A stretch of DNA of 26,535 nucleotides from a virus (taxonomy: Duplodnaviria; Caudoviricetes). Shown here in pieces: positions 25,797-26,535 of the stretch; within the stretch, counting starts at the first letter, position 1, and the number at the start of each line of letters is the position of its first letter. The translations under genes were made by a program, and so were the position numbers. A model generated the notes under the pieces. That model was given only the letters and a program-made list of their open reading frames with translations. It had not been told where the DNA came from and ran no database searches. Where the stretch lies: positions 1 through 26,535 of IMG/VR virus record IMGVR_UViG_3300005077_000092; one strand, 5' to 3'.

Positions 25797-26535
25797 ATGT
25801 TAAATGAAAAATGTGAATTTTGTAATAATATTCATGATAATTGGGATGAAATTATTCAATGTTATGAACAAAATAAAGATGATGTAAATTGGAAATATAT
25901 TTCTCAATGTCGACAATTATCAGAAAATTTTATTGAGAAGTTTAATGATAAAGTATATTGGGATTGGATTTCTCGATATCAACATTTATCTGAAGATTTT
26001 ATTACTAAATTTAAAGATAAAGTAAATTGGGATTGGATTTCTCGATATCAACATTTATCTGAAGATTTTATTACTAAATTTAAAGATAAAGTATATTGGG
26101 AATATATTTCTCAAAGTCAACTATTATCAGAAGAATTTATTGCTAAATTCAAAGATTATGTTAGTTGGTATTATATTTCAAAATACCAACAATTATCAGA
26201 AGAATTTATTACTAAATTTAAAAATGAAGTATATTGGGAGAATATTTCTAGATATCAAGCATTATCAGAAGATTTTATTGTTAAATTTAAAGATAAGTTA
26301 GATTTAGATATTATTAAAGAAAAGAAAGAAAATTGGATTAGTGTTCAAGAATATGCAGAAAAATATAATTTAGAAATTGATAATGAATATTTATATGCTT
26401 ATCGAAATCATGATAAATATAATAGAGGGGTATATAGAGGAGGACCTTATTTTCCTGGTATAATGTATAAAGATTGGCATTGTGATATTAATCCAAATAT
26501 TAATAATTCATTTGGCTTTGGTATTTGGCCTAAAG
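25797..26535 (+). CDS. Trp-repeat family protein, paralog with 6 repeats; runs off the window
   Basis: MLNEKCEFCNNIHDNWDEIIQCYEQNKDD, six 23-aa repeats, then YLYAYRNHD...GGPYFPGIMYKDWHC...NSFGFGIW; absent from the ORF track because it has no stop. Confidence 0.88.
   Translation, partial: MLNEKCEFCNNIHDNWDEIIQCYEQNKDDVNWKYISQCRQLSENFIEKFNDKVYWDWISRYQHLSEDFITKFKDKVNWDWISRYQHLSEDFITKFKDKVYWEYISQSQLLSEEFIAKFKDYVSWYYISKYQQLSEEFITKFKNEVYWENISRYQALSEDFIVKFKDKLDLDIIKEKKENWISVQEYAEKYNLEIDNEYLYAYRNHDKYNRGVYRGGPYFPGIMYKDWHCDINPNINNSFGFGIWPK
25884..26297 (+). repeat. six tandem 69-bp coding repeats (VxWxxISxxQxLSExFIxKFxDK)
   Basis: Units start at 25884, 25953, 26022, 26091, 26160 and 26229; units 2 and 3 are 68/69 identical. 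Confidence 0.92.

Noticed and set aside
25884-26297. 69-bp tandem repeats as a CRISPR array
   Set aside because: No unique spacers; units are in-frame coding repeats.
4716-26535. The two Trp-repeat paralogs as a DGR template/variable pair
   Set aside because: Differences include non-adenine changes (for example G/T and C/T), both copies are ORFs with matching N-termini, and no reverse transcriptase is in the window.

Overview
From about position 270 onward, this window is a very AT-rich segment of a large T4-like lytic phage genome. Its host is probably Gram-negative and encodes an exosortase. The left part (minus strand) is a tRNA and early-gene region: tRNA-Asn, -Lys, -Leu and -Glu, two tRNA-like mini-RNAs, a broken tRNA, a frameshifted DUF559/Vsr-type homing endonuclease, a DUF932 protein, a metallophosphoesterase and a Trp-repeat protein, driven by five near-identical sigma70-type promoters. 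Next come HU, the clamp loader and clamp (gp44/gp62/gp45), a late lysis cassette (amidase, holin, spanins) and inverted uvsW/uvsY. The right part holds the gp41 helicase, a stand-alone PgpH-like HD phosphohydrolase, an NAD-dependent ligase, HNH, a glycosyltransferase, an AAA ATPase, gp32, a Holliday junction resolvase, tRNA-Ala, a PEP-CTERM surface protein, RNase H, a SLOG protein and a second Trp-repeat paralog running off the end. The first ~270 bp are GC-rich and look foreign. The most notable items are a copy-number-variable Trp-repeat protein family (1 vs 6 repeats plus a stub), the phage PEP-CTERM protein, the PgpH-like HD enzyme, a hairpin/late-promoter switch on the resolvase, and atypical tRNAs and tRNA-like RNAs. 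All family calls come from motif recognition by eye; no searches were run.
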